From contig OZ059900.1 of NCBI GenBank assembly GCA_964057225.1, positions 13,888,001-13,952,000 of the forward strand: a DNA stretch of 64,000 bases, read 5' to 3'. Positions 42,901 to 60,007 of the stretch are shown here, piece by piece. The notes under the pieces are model-generated. The model saw nothing but the letters and a program-made list of their open reading frames with translations. It was not told where the DNA came from and made no database searches. The DNA is from Auanema rhodensis. Its lineage: Eukaryota > Animalia > Nematoda. The translations under genes were made by a program, and so were the position numbers. Every line of letters starts with the position of its first letter. Positions within the stretch are counted from its first letter, which is position 1.

Positions 42901-44093
42901 ATACGTATATATCGAATCTAAAAAATTTTACGAAAAAAGAGCAAATAAAAAATATATATATTCACATATAGTAGAATAATTTTAAAAAATAAGCTAAAAT
43001 CATTTCTGAAAAATAGTAGAAGTTGTTTTCAAAAGTTCAAAATTAAAACTCTAAATTATACTGAAATAATAAAAAGTTAACAAGTCTAGCATCTTTAAAG
43101 TATTTCGCTGTGTTTTCAATATTAACAAGTGATGAATAAAGTTGATTACATCGAACAAAAACTTTAGTTTTATAGGAAGTTTTGTTAAAAATTCCAAAAA
43201 TTACGAAAAACTCAGTGTCTACCAATTATTAGAATTTAGTATAAAATATTATATTATTATTGGTTTCTATAGTTTAACATACATATGTATATTCGTTTGA
43301 AAAAAGGAAAAAAAACGCCCCTTCAATAGAATAAAAATATTCTTCGTATTAGTTAATATAATAAATTAATTATAAGAAAAATATAACTTTCAAAGACGAA
43401 AGAATATGAAAAGACACAATTCTTATTCAATATTTCGAAATTGTCTGACTAACGACCTCCAAATAATCGCTTGTTCGGATACAACAAACATGACAAAACC
43501 TACTAGCAGCCTCGGAGAGGCTATTGGCATTGATTGCATAAAGGAGTAAAGGTCATAGACCTAAAAGAATAAAAAAAAGGGTTATTATGAGGATTTGTGA
43601 TTGTTTATGTACACAAATATGGAGCATAAAGCACAATAGCCCCAATATATGAAATAATAAAAGATTACAATCAATAAAATTTATAAAGAAAAATGATATT
43701 TTCAATTTTATAACAAATCAATAAATTATACACTTTTTCTATTTTTATAAATAACTATTAATAGAGAACAATTCACATTTAAAATAAAAGTATTTGAACT
43801 AGACTAACGCCTATTTTATGGCGCACGCATTGCTCTTCTTTTCTTAGTAAACGCGCTCTAACGACATTTAGTTGCGACAAATGGTTATTTTCAAGAAGAC
43901 TGCAAACCGCGTCATTCATATAAAATAGTTGAGCGTTTGGTTTTCTTTAAGATTTTTAAAGCAATTCAGTTATTGTGTGCCTATTTTGTCTATGTAACTT
44001 GTTTCCACTAATCTTTAAAAACAACTGATTTTCATACCTGATATTTCACTTCTCTCTCATTTTATTTTTATTATATAGTATACTAAACCTACA

Positions 44094-45896
44094 ATGAAGA
44101 GTGTTTTACTATTCTTCGTACTGATAATAGGGACAATTGCACCTCCTCCTCAAAGGGCCATTCAACCTGAGGTTATTACATATTTTTTATTCATTATTCA
44201 TCATTTCAATATTGTATTAATTCTTTTTGTGCAGACTTCAACTGAACAACCTGTTGTACATGAAACTTCTCAAAATCCCCAAACTGATAATGATCAGAAT
44301 TCAAATCAGGAGGCTGGAAAGAGAAATGTATGTTCTAGAATTGAATTGTTTATAAAAATTTTTGCTCATATGTGTATTTCAGCCTTATGAATTAACATAC
44401 AACAAGTACCTAGAGAAAGTTGTTGAAATTTTGGAAAGTGATGAAAATTTCAGGGCCCGTCTGAAAGATATGCCCGAAGCTGATATTAAGGTTCTTGAAA
44501 CCTAGTAACGTTTAATAATTTTTTTTTGTTAGGAAGGAAAGATAGCTGAACATTTTGATGAATTATCTCACGAAGTTTTTGATAAGTTACATAAAGTAAA
44601 ATTAGAAGAAATCGAAAATTTGAGACAACAAATTGAAAAGCAAATTGAGGTATGTTTGGACTTTACTTTTTCAAAGAAAGTTTTCTATTCAATGTATATT
44701 AACAATATTAAAGGCTGACAAAGGCGCTCATAACGTAAAAATTCCTGAGCATCTTGATTTGAAGCAATGGGAGAAATTTGGTAAAGAAGATTTGCGTATG
44801 TTAATTAAAAAGGTTTTGTTCTCTATATTAAGTTGAAAAAAATAATTTTCGATTTAGACTGTTGCTGATATTGAAGAAATTGATAAGCAGCGCCGCGAAG
44901 AATTCAAGGAATATGAGATGAAGAAGAGAGCAGAACGGGATCATAAATTTGCCCAAATGGACGAAAAGGTTTCTTGTTCAAAGTAATGCTGTTAAATGTT
45001 TTTATAGGAAAGACTTGCTGCTTTAAAAGAAGAAGAAGAATTGAAGCAAAAGCATAATACACACGAAAAGTTGAAGCACCCAGCTAGTCGCGATCAGTTA
45101 GAAGAAGTTTGGGAAGAAAGAGATCAGGTATCAAGAGAATAATACTAATTTCTTTCAAAAATTATAATAGATGAATAAAGATTCTTTCGATCCAAGAACT
45201 TTCTTCGGACTTCACGATCTAAATGGAGATGGTTAATCATCTGATACAAATAATATTCAGTTTTTTGTTTTAGGCTTTTGGAATTCTGAAGAACTTGAAG
45301 CATTGTTCAATCTTGAACTTGAGAAGATGTACAATGACACTAATCCTGATTTTGATGCTCGGGAAAAGTAATTGCAGTAATCAACCACGTTTCACTAATT
45401 CTTTTAGATTCGAAGAAATGTATCGCATGCGTGAGCATGTTGTAAAACAGATGGATAAAGATGGGGATCGTCTTATATCTTTACAAGAGTTTTTGCAGGT
45501 GATATTAAGTTTTATAAATTATATATCAAATGAAAAAAAAAGAGATATAAATTATTAAGTTAACTAAAGTTTGATTTCTTATCTATTTGCTTAGGATACT
45601 GAAGCACAAACAGCTGGACAAGATCCTGGATGGAAAGATTTGGGTCAAGAACAAGTATACTCAGATAAAGAATTGCAAGACTACGAACAACAATTCGCAA
45701 AAGAAATGGGTAATAAATACAATTAAAGTCATAGTTCAGATATAATTTAGGTTGGGGAGAACATGCATATGATACAACAACAGCTCATCCTAATCCTGCT
45801 CATCCAGTAAGCTTTTATCTCAACAGAAGTGATAAGTCACTATTAATATTTCAGAATCTTGGCAATGAAGTGAATGTACACCCAGCTCAACCTGCT

Positions 45897-45928
<32 letters not shown>

Positions 45929-45950
45929 TCAGCAACAGCAACAGCAACAT

Positions 45951-45991
<41 letters not shown>

Positions 45992-46013
45992 TCAGCAACA
46001 GCAACAGCAACAG

Positions 46014-46072
<59 letters not shown>

Positions 46073-46170
46073 GGTAAAATGCTTAATAGAATATCAATTT
46101 ATTTTCAAATTTTAAGCCACAAGTCTTGCCTCAAGAAAAAGTAACCAAAGACCCATCTTATGGCATTTAA
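44094..46170 (+). CDS. nucb-1: Nucleobindin (EF-hand Golgi calcium-binding protein) with C-terminal polyQ
   Basis: Signal peptide, YNKYLEKVVEILESD, HEKLKHPASRDQLEEVWEE, FDPRTFFGLHDLNGDG, MREHVVKQMDKDGDRLISLQEF; ends KDPSYGI*. Confidence 0.95.
45897..46073 (+). repeat. Coding CAG/CAA repeat (59 codons, Gln with 4 His interruptions)
   Basis: (CAGCAA)n hexamers with CAT interruptions followed by a pure (CAA)n run, inside a nucb-1 exon. Confidence 0.95.
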
Positions 46171-48769
46171 GTAAACTTTCAAATAAAAGAAATGTATAAT
46201 GCCACGTGATAGAAGAGTAATTGTGATGAAGAAGCATAATTTATTTCATGAACATTGTTCCATATATTAAATATCAGTTTGTTCTTGTTATTTTTAGTAT
46301 TATATAACATTAAACCAAATGGTATATTGTTTTCCATTCAATTTAAATTTCAATAAAACAGTATTTCTTTGAATCACATTTGAAGAGATTTGCTACAATT
46401 TTCAAGAATCTTTTTTCACCACATCAGCTGATATAAAATATGAATTCAAAGGTAATTTGGTTGAAAAAACATTTTGAGCAATTCAAAAGTATAAACCATT
46501 CCAAATAGATAATATTCCAATTCGTGTTATGTTAGCTTTGCTATGCCATTAAATTTCGTTGTCAAAAAAAATATAGCGCTTTAAACTGAGTATTTCTCTG
46601 TTAGATATTTATTAAAAACTAAATTTTAAAAAATTTTGAATTGATATATTAGTGATGTTAAAGAAATCAGTGATGTCTTATGGTATTTAAATCATATCTG
46701 GCTAATAAATAGTTATGTTGGTGACAGGCGACTGTTACTCGTTCTATGCAAATAAATTTTAATCTTTAATAAGAACCATACCTACTTCATATTTTACTTA
46801 ACTAATTTATCTTCAAACAAAATACATTGAAAATTATCAGAACTTTTAGTCCCAAGTCCATAATTCAATTCCAAAAATCTTAATAAATCTTAAATTCTGG
46901 TCAGAATTAGGTAGTATGTGACTCAATAATGTTCACAATTCTCTAATTTGCTTTTTGAATTTAAAAAAATATTCTTATACTTTTTTTTACTTCTTTTTAG
47001 TTACTTTTAGTTAAAAGTGCAAGTTTCCAAAAAGAAAATCAAGTCCTTTCTTCATTTATTCTTTGTTTAACGCGAGTTAAAGAATATTTTGAAATGTTTT
47101 TCTAGTATAATGCTTTTATTTTAAAAAATATGCTATATATAGTGATAAAATAGTGAAATGAAAAACAAAAAGATTATCCTTGTCATTATATAACAGATGA
47201 CCTTTTCTTAGTTTTTTTCTATTCAACCTAATATTCAAATTTGGTTTTGAAACAAAACGAAAATTAATTTTTTTGTTTAAACATTCTTCCAATGTTCTAG
47301 CCTGTTCGAGCAGACAAAAACTTTATTTTATACATACTTGCACAATTGTGATGATACTGTTAATGCCTGTTTGTGGAATTCTTAAGTTGTTCCTTTCTGT
47401 TCATACTTGCTATGTTGAATGATCCGTTTTTCTCTTTTTGTAATCAAATTGAAAGTATTGAACTATTCGGTCTTCAGTTTCATCTAACTCAGACACATAT
47501 ATGCAAAACAGAAAAGTTTTGTTATGATAACATGCTGCATATACAAGTTCAACTAAAGAATCAAGTGTGATGGATTAAGTAAGGTAAAGATGCTCAACGA
47601 AAGGTGGTCTGGGACATTGAAAATACTCCGTTTCAGCTGATGTATATTTGTATGTGAGTGTACGCTGATTTGTGTGCATGTGCTAGAATGTGTATGTGAC
47701 TTTTGTGTGTCTATCTCAAATTCTCCTCTTATTGCAAACACCTTGCTCACTTTTTTTTCTCTTCTCGTATCTTTTTTATCGTTTTTTTTTTATTTTTTCA
47801 TCTTTGTTTGTATGACGTACTGTTTCTATAAGAGCAAGACAAGCGATGAGAAGAAAAGAAAAATAAACAATCCTCCAACGAAAGATAGCAAATGCAATGA
47901 GAGCATAGAGAAGTTGAAATAGACAACGATGCTTCAAGCTTTCAGCTTAGCATTTCCGGTATTCCAGGCAAGAAAACCGGAAGACATGCCGTACGTTAAC
48001 ACCGCTGTGTTCTTTACCACGTGAGCCAGTTTGGTTCACCATCTGCCGTCATATGTAGTTATCTAAAAGAATCTTAGATGTGTCAGAACTTTTCTGTCAG
48101 CTTCCATGCTTTTTCCGTTTTAATAAGATCTCATATTGCTACTTTGAAAAACTTAAAAAGTAACCTTCATCCTGAATGTTCACTTGATTTCTCTATTAGA
48201 TTTTCATTGTAGATTTAATTAATTATTTATATAATTAGTTGTTGTTGATAATATTTATTAGTCTTTCATAACCAAAGCTATTTGCTCATTTTTTATAAGT
48301 AATAGAATTTTGGTAATGCTTTTTCTCAAAGTAATTAAATATCTCTTCTTTCAACTTTTGAATAAATTAAGTTGTACGAGCTACTGAACTTGAATTGCTT
48401 TGATAATTAACTCATTGTTTCAAAGAAATATAATTCCTCTTTTTGGTCTTAGCATGCGTTCAGTCGGCTAAAGAAATTAAGCTATTGATGTTTCTAATTA
48501 GCCTTATAAATAGCAAACTATTGTTTTACTCAATTTCTCTGGACAATAGCATTTGGGATCCGAATTCTTCACAAACTCAACTTTTTTTGCTTGATTTCCT
48601 ATTTCTTTTCCTTATTATTCATTTCTCTACACAATGTAAATATATATATTGTATGGAACCAGCTGTCTCTTACCTAGATAATGTGTATGTGTAACTGCTT
48701 GCAACTTTTTTCTCAACTTTATTATTTCTTGCTAAACCTTCTTTTCTATGAATTCAGTTTTTTTCCAAT

Positions 48770-49472
48770 ATGGACGACCAGGCTGACGCCCATAATGTCT
48801 TACTCATTAGTATGATCATCTTCTTAGTTTTGCTGTCAATTGTTATCTGGGTTTCATTTTGCGCCGCTGTTAAAAAGATGGCTCATTTAGTCATTGAAAT
48901 GAAAGAACAACGAAGAAGACAGGTTTTTTTTCAATAAAATAAAAACAGTTAAAATATCCTCATTTAGTTAAAATTCACAGAATTTTAGTTTTTGAATATT
49001 TTTCGTTGAACAGTTTCAAAATTGTATTTATAGGCCATCATCTCGGCAGCCATTTCTCGTGCCGCCAATGAGCCTGCTGCTCGTTTAAATATGATTATGC
49101 AAGGCCAACAAGTAGGTTTACCTTTGATTTTCAAGTTTTGAATCAGAGAAAGCATTTCTCACCAATATATTGGTAAAGTTTCATTATCTTGATAGAATCC
49201 TCAAAATAGTTTTGAGAAATATGAATATTTTATATGATAATATTCAAATTAGAGATGTTTACTGCCATTTGTAATGTATCGTTTAGGCTGCGATTGAAGA
49301 AGCTCTTCGTACACAACAAGGTGATTTACCAACCTATGAAGAAGCCATATCAATGACAACATACTCTAGTCCACCCAATATAGGGAGACCCTTATCAGCA
49401 CCTATGAGGTAATATGCGAAGATTATTGAGGTTCTCTAGAAATAAATTAATTACAGAGAAAATTACATTTAA
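48770..49472 (+). CDS. Small single-pass membrane protein (about 122 aa) with a cytoplasmic LPTY motif
   Basis: Exons splice to MDDQADAHNVLLISMIIFLVLLSIVIWVSFCAAVKKMAHLVIEMKEQRRRQ|AIISAAISRAANEPAARLNMIMQGQQ|AAIEEALRTQQGDLPTYEEAISMTTYSSPPNIGRPLSAPMR|ENYI*. Not in the ORF track. Confidence 0.8.
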
Positions 49473-50563
49473 TTATTAACGGAATTAGAGTTTATATGAA
49501 ATTTTTTGAAGCTGAATTGTTTTCATAATCCATACCTTCCTCTTCATAATTCCAGCATGAAAACATGAATTAGGAAACGTGAAACAATCTGTTTATAGAC
49601 CTTAAAGTTTATTATGTTCTTTCTCTTTGAATCAACGATCTCTTGAGTTTGTATAGTGGTTTCAAACAATTTATTTATGTATGAAAGTTTATGTTTTAAT
49701 TGAAATGATAATATGAATTTTATCTGTTATCTCAGACTGTTTAATAAACTTAATTGTGAATAGAAATTGTAAAAATAATCATGATGGCTTATGCTTTTCC
49801 TTTTGTTTGTTTAACGACTGTTAATAAATTTCGATTTTACCATACTTCAACGTAACTATATTTTACATTAGTTGAATTCAGTATTATCTGTTAATGAATC
49901 GAAAAGAAGTTTAGTTTTAGCAAACAGATTCGTGAACATCAACAGATACTTCTGCGGATTATACATATGAACATCATTAGTTTTCGTCACACATAGTTTG
50001 ACTGTATTATTTGTCGTATAATGTAATCCATTCATGTAATCCATTCATATACGTTTTATAGTATTTTGATGACGATATGAGATCATCTTCTATACAATAG
50101 CAGTTTTATATTGATATTGCTGTTTTTGAGTTATTTCTTATGGCCATTGACGTCAAAATTTTCAAAAAACATTTTCACATTGTTATATTTTTGTCATTTA
50201 TCTCAATTTAATTGAAATTTATACTTTCATTGACTTTTATGTTTGAACCGCGTTCATTCAGTAGAAAAAAATCCAACGATATGGTTTTGTAAACAACGGG
50301 AATACATTTGAAGAGTAATACACAGAGTACCACGCTATACTGCGAATTTTGCACTGTGTTTACAGAATTTGAACAAAATTTCTTGCTGATAACTCTCGAC
50401 TTACATTGAACAGTTTTTCCTCTGTGACTCATCAACTATAATATTTATTGTCATTTTAAGTTCTTAATGATTTTTCTTCTTTAAAGCTTTATCGATTATA
50501 TTCAAAACTTGTCTTTTTTCAGAACATTTATAAATATATTGTATAGTTTGAGAAAAGGGTAAA

Positions 50564-54598
<4,035 letters not shown>

Positions 54599-55931
54599 AT
54601 TACAGATGCTCAAAAATTTCATATCATATTTGAATTCCAGTTGTATTCTAACGTGTAATTAGTGAGAAAACTAGTATTCCGCCTTACTTTTCTGCTTGAA
54701 TTTCTTATCCCAATACTATTTTGAGCATGAAATATAACTCGTTGCGGGTCATTCATTCTCTTTTTACTATGCGAAGATATGTGTATTATTGAAAATATTT
54801 TAAGATTCATTGTTTTCTACTTTGTTCTTGTCCTCAATATATTTATTCAGATATGTGTTTATTAATAATGTGCAGTACATATATAAGAAGGTATATGTGC
54901 TTGTTTTCAAAAAGTTTATTGTAATATTTTTGATTATTTATTCAAATTTTTGAATCATATCCATCTTTTTTAGTATTGCCTTTTTCTATTGTGATGAACC
55001 TAACAGATTTCTTAAGAAAACAAATCTAACTTTATTCGATGATTTAACCATTCTTCAGACGTTATGTCTGCGTGATTTTTAATATAAATTCATTTGTGCT
55101 CAAGAATTACGTACAATCAAATATTGCAAATGTCTTCATTATCCCCTTGTTCCTCAAAAATTGATTGTTTTTATTAAGTATAATTCTTTGAATTTATTTC
55201 TGTAATAGACTAAAGGATACTTGTTATGCTGATGTTTTGTGTAGAGTACTCTGTTTTTTCTGAAATATTTATTTTATCTTCTGTTGTCTTTGTGCAGTTA
55301 TTGATTTTTTTCCCAGATTGATTTCTAAATGGTAATTCAGCAACGGAACTGAAATCATACTTGGAGATTTAGAACGGAAATTGGTCTTATCGTTTTTTTT
55401 TGTTTAGGAAAATAAAAGTTGATCTTATTGCACGAAAATATCTTATTTTTTCTTCACGTGCTACCCCAAACAAGCTACAGCATTTATTCAGAAAATGTAA
55501 GCCATACTACTTTAATTTGAAAAGTTATTTAATAATGAAACATACATTTTAATATTACAAAAATATCAAAAATCATTTTAAATCATTATATTCCTATAAT
55601 ATGATAGAAATAAAAAAATTCTCGACCAAACTCTTTGTCGTGTGTTATTTTGTTTATAAATGCTGTATTACTAAACGATAAAAGAAATAGTAATCACCAG
55701 CATTTATTTATATTTAAATAGATAACGCATAAGATTAGATCAACTTGACCTTTACCTCCAACTATAACTAGAACTTTGGCTTCTTGTTTGTGAAAATGTT
55801 TCTAGAGCCTTTTTTGGAGAAAGCAATATAGCGAAGCTAGCTATAGTTGCTTTTTCATGCGTTTCATTAAAAATTTAAGTTAACTTGTCTGTGATTATTC
55901 ATTTTAGAAGATTGAACTCGACTACAACGCT

Positions 55932-56360
55932 ATGACAAACAATTCTTCTAGACACTATACCTTATGGTCAGCTTATATTCAGATTGTAATACTAGATGTA
56001 AGATTTTTAAATATTCACTTTTCTCAAGCTCAATCTAACAAAGGTTTACTTGCAGAACGGTCGAATTCAGACATATAGAATTAAACGGAGTGAGCCGATG
56101 TCGAAGATTTTCAATCACTATTTGGAAAGACGTTGCACCGCTAACTTTGAAATGACGTTAGATTATCACTTCAATGTGTTAGTTGGATTATATTTATTTA
56201 GCTTCTGGTACGATGGGCATAGGCTCAACGGAATTGAGACACCATACAGCTTAGTATTGCACAGCGGAGACACGATTGAGGTAATTTTCAGGAACCTGCA
56301 AGTTGTGGTATGAAAAAAAACTTTCAGGTTCGAAGAACTGAAACATCTGATTTCTATTAG
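55932..56360 (+). CDS. SUMO-like protein lacking C-terminal Gly-Gly, copy 1 (92 aa, 4 exons)
   Basis: Three GT-AG introns give MTNNSSRHYTLWSAYIQIVILD|NGRIQTYRIKRSEPMSKIFNHYLERRCTANFEMT|FWYDGHRLNGIETPYSLVLHSGDTIE|VRRTETSDFY*. It aligns by eye to SUMO (YI.I.V, F+VK...M.K+...Y..R, F.+DG.R+N...TP..L.+...D.IEV). Confidence 0.85.
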
Positions 56361-57755
56361 ACTGTTAATATATTCGACGTATTTAACCACTTCTTGTTGT
56401 TTCAAGGTTCCAAGATTTCTTAAACTGTTATTCTCGTTAAGATATTTCAAAAATTTACTTAGTTGAACAAATTGTTTTGATAACTCAACATGATTTCATC
56501 TCAATTTGGACAAATGTTAAGATATCGTTTATTAATTACCTGTGTGAGTTTACTTGAAACTATTTTGAAATCAACAATATGTTGTTTGATAAAACCATAT
56601 CTATATATCTATATATATATCGACTATTGTTTTAATGTTTTCACTCGCATCTTAAAAAACTCGCAATCATGAACATTCTTTCAAAATTTGTCTGTCAAAC
56701 CATTGTTGAAACGTTTCTATATATTTTTTGAATCTCAACAAGTAAGCCTCAAAGGCAAATCACCAAAATCCTTGTTTAACGACTTCAACAATTGATTCTT
56801 ATGCCATTTTTTTTAATTAAAGAGTTTTATAAGATATTATTATAACTATTATTATTAATATTCATTTATAATTATCTTTTTCAAACTGCATACTCGCACA
56901 ATAAAATTATTAAAGTTTGGTGTTCACATCTCTTTGAACTAGATGTTCCAAGGTGAGGACATAGAAATAAGCAAATTCTCGGATTGACCAAGCTGACTCA
57001 TGTTTTCTTCATAGTTACTAGAATTCAAATATGTTTCAGCTGCATATACTAAACAGAAAAAAATAACATAATTGAAAGAATTTCTCCAAATCCTACAGAC
57101 TTTTTGTATTTTCAATAAACTTTTTCACAATAAATATTGTTCAAAAAAGTTGTCAAAGTTTTCATTATCACAACTGTGAGATTTTGATTGTGTTCCTTGC
57201 TTAGTCATGCAGGTTCGGCACTTTTTATGAATTTCTTGACTTTTTGAAATCTCAGATCTGCGCTCTCACACAGCTCTGTCATAGTTTTCATAGTTTTTAC
57301 TGACAACGATTTGAATAGGTAGCGTGTCTCATCATGTTCAGTTTCCATACTCTCTCGAAGGTTCTGCTAACTGTTTCTCCAAAAATGATTGTAATCCTCA
57401 ACCACTTGCTAATTTGAAGCTCCTCTTGTAATTTTAAATAAATTTATAACAAAACTCTTTGTCGTGTGTTATTTTGTTTATAAATGCTGTATTACTAAAC
57501 GATAAAAGAAATAGTAATCACCAGCATTTATTTATATTTAAATAGATAACGCATAAGATTAGATCAACTTGACCTTTACCTCCAACTATAACTAGAACTT
57601 TGGCTTCTTGTTTGTGAAAATGTTTCTAGAGCCTTTTTTGGAGAAAGCAATATAGCGAAGCTAGCTATAGTTGCTTTTTCATGCGTTTCATTAAAAATTT
57701 AAGTTAACTTGTCTGTGATTATTCATTTTAGAAGATTGAACTCGACTACAACGCT

Positions 57756-58184
57756 ATGACCAACAATTCTTCTAGACACTATACCTTATGGTCAGCTTAT
57801 ATTCAGATTGTAATACTAGATGTAAGATTTTTAAATATTCACTTTTCTCAAGCTCAATCTAACAAAGGTTTACTTGCAGAACGGTCGAATTCAGACATAT
57901 AGAATTAAACGGAGTGAGCCGATGTCGAAGATTTTCAATCACTATTTGGAAAGACGTTGCACCGCTAACTTTGAAATGACGTTAGATTATCACTTCAATG
58001 TGTTAGTTGGATTATATTTATTTAGCTTCTGGTACGATGGGCATAGGCTCAACGGAATTGAGACACCATACAGCTTAGTATTGCACAGCGGAGACACGAT
58101 TGAGGTAATTTTCAGGAACCTGCAAGTTGTGGTATGAAAAAAAACTTTCAGGTTCGAAGAACTGAAACATCTGATTTCTATTAG
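57756..58184 (+). CDS. SUMO-like protein lacking Gly-Gly, copy 2
   Basis: Same protein as copy 1; codon 2 is ACC instead of ACA. Confidence 0.85.
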
Positions 58185-59578
58185 ACTGTTAATATATTCG
58201 ACGTATTTAACCACTTCTTGTTGTTTCAAGGTTCCAAGATTTCTTAAACTGTTATTCTCGTTAAGATATTTCAAAAATTTACTTAGTTGAACAAATTGTT
58301 TTGATAACTCAACATGATTTCATCTCAATTTGGACAAATGTTAAGATATCGTTTATTAATTACCTGTGTGAGTTTACTTGAAACTATTTTGAAATCAACA
58401 ATATGTTGTTTGATAAAACCATATCTATATATCTATATATATATCGACTATTGTTTTAATGTTTTCACTCGCATCTTAAAAAACTCGCAATCATGAACAT
58501 TCTTTCAAAATTTGTCTGTCAAACCATTGTTGAAACGTTTCTATATATTTTTTGAATCTCAACAAGTAAGCCTCAAAGGCAAATCACCAAAATCCTTGTT
58601 TAACGACTTCAACAATTGATTCTTATGCCATTTTTTTTAATTAAAGAGTTTTATAAGATATTATTATAACTATTATTATTAATATTCATTTATAATTATC
58701 TTTTTCAAACTGCATACTCGCACAATAAAATTATTAAAGTTTGGTGTTCACATCTCTTTGAACTAGATGTTCCAAGGTGAGGACATAGAAATAAGCAAAT
58801 TCTCGGATTGACCAAGCTGACTCATGTTTTCTTCATAGTTACTAGAATTCAAATATGTTTCAGCTGCATATACTAAACAGAAAAAAATAACATAATTGAA
58901 AGAATTTCTCCAAATCCTACAGACTTTTTGTATTTTCAATAAACTTTTTCACAATAAATATTGTTCAAAAAAGTTGTCAAAGTTTTCATTATCACAACTG
59001 TGAGATTTTGATTGTGTTCCTTGCTTAGTCATGCAGGTCGGCACTTTTTATGAATTTCTTGACTTTTTGAAATCTCAGATCTGCGCTCTCACACAGCTCT
59101 GTCATAGTTTTCATAGTTTTTACTGACAACGATTTGAATAGGTAGCGTGTCTCATCATGTTCAGTTTCCATACTCTCTCGAAGGTTCTGCTAACTGTTTC
59201 TCCAAAAATGATTGTAATCCTCAACCACTTGCTAATTTGAAGCTCCTCTTGTAATTTTAAATAAATTTATAACAAAACTCTTTGTCGTGTGTTATTTTGT
59301 TTATAAATGCTGTATTACTAAACGATAAAAGAAATAGTAATCACCAGCATTTATTTATATTTAAATAGATAACGCATAAGATTAGATCAACTTGACCTTT
59401 ACCTCCAACTATAACTAGAACTTTGGCTTCTTGTTTGTGAAAATGTTTCTAGAGCCTTTTTTGGAGAAAGCAATATAGCGAAGCTAGCTATAGTTGCTTT
59501 TTCATGCGTTTCATTAAAAATTTAAGTTAACTTGTCTGTGATTATTCATTTTAGAAGATTGAACTCGACTACAACGCT

Positions 59579-60007
59579 ATGACAAACAATTCTTCTAGAC
59601 ACTATACCTTATGGTCAGCTTATATTCAGATTGTAATACTAGATGTAAGATTTTTAAATATTCACTTTTCTCAAGCTCAATCTAACAAAGGTTTACTTGC
59701 AGAACGGTCGAATTCAGACATATAGAATTAAACGGAGTGAGCCGATGTCGAAGATTTTCAATCACTATTTGGAAAGACGTTGCACCGCTAACTTTGAAAT
59801 GACGTTAGATTATCACTTCAATGTGTTAGTTGGATTATATTTATTTAGCTTCTGGTACGATGGGCATAGGCTCAACGGAATTGAGACACCATACAGCTTA
59901 GTATTGCACAGCGGAGACACGATTGAGGTAATTTTCAGGAACCTGCAAGTTGTGGTATGAAAAAAAACTTTCAGGTTCGAAGAACTGAAACATCTGATTT
60001 CTATTAG
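59579..60007 (+). CDS. SUMO-like protein lacking Gly-Gly, copy 3
   Basis: Same as copy 1. Confidence 0.85.

Noticed and set aside
45843-46077. Poly-Leu (-) and Ser/Asn (+) ORFs
   Set aside because: Alternative frames of the nucb-1 polyQ repeat.
50021-50046. 13-bp direct duplication ATGTAATCCATTC as a transposon footprint
   Set aside because: Indistinguishable from simple replication slippage; no element ends nearby.
50055-50100. bantam/mir-81-like seed TGAGATCATC
   Set aside because: The 3' part does not match the family and the seed would lie across the loop of a weak hairpin.
55802-55856. Helitron 3' end (hairpin, then CTAG 11 nt further on the minus strand)
   Set aside because: The hairpin is AT-rich, CTAG is followed by A rather than T, it does not coincide with the array edge at 55628, and no RepHel sequence is present.
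56050-56313. 87-aa unspliced ORF repeated five times
   Set aside because: It reads through introns and starts at a TTG inside an acceptor site; the spliced 92-aa model fits SUMO without the insertion.
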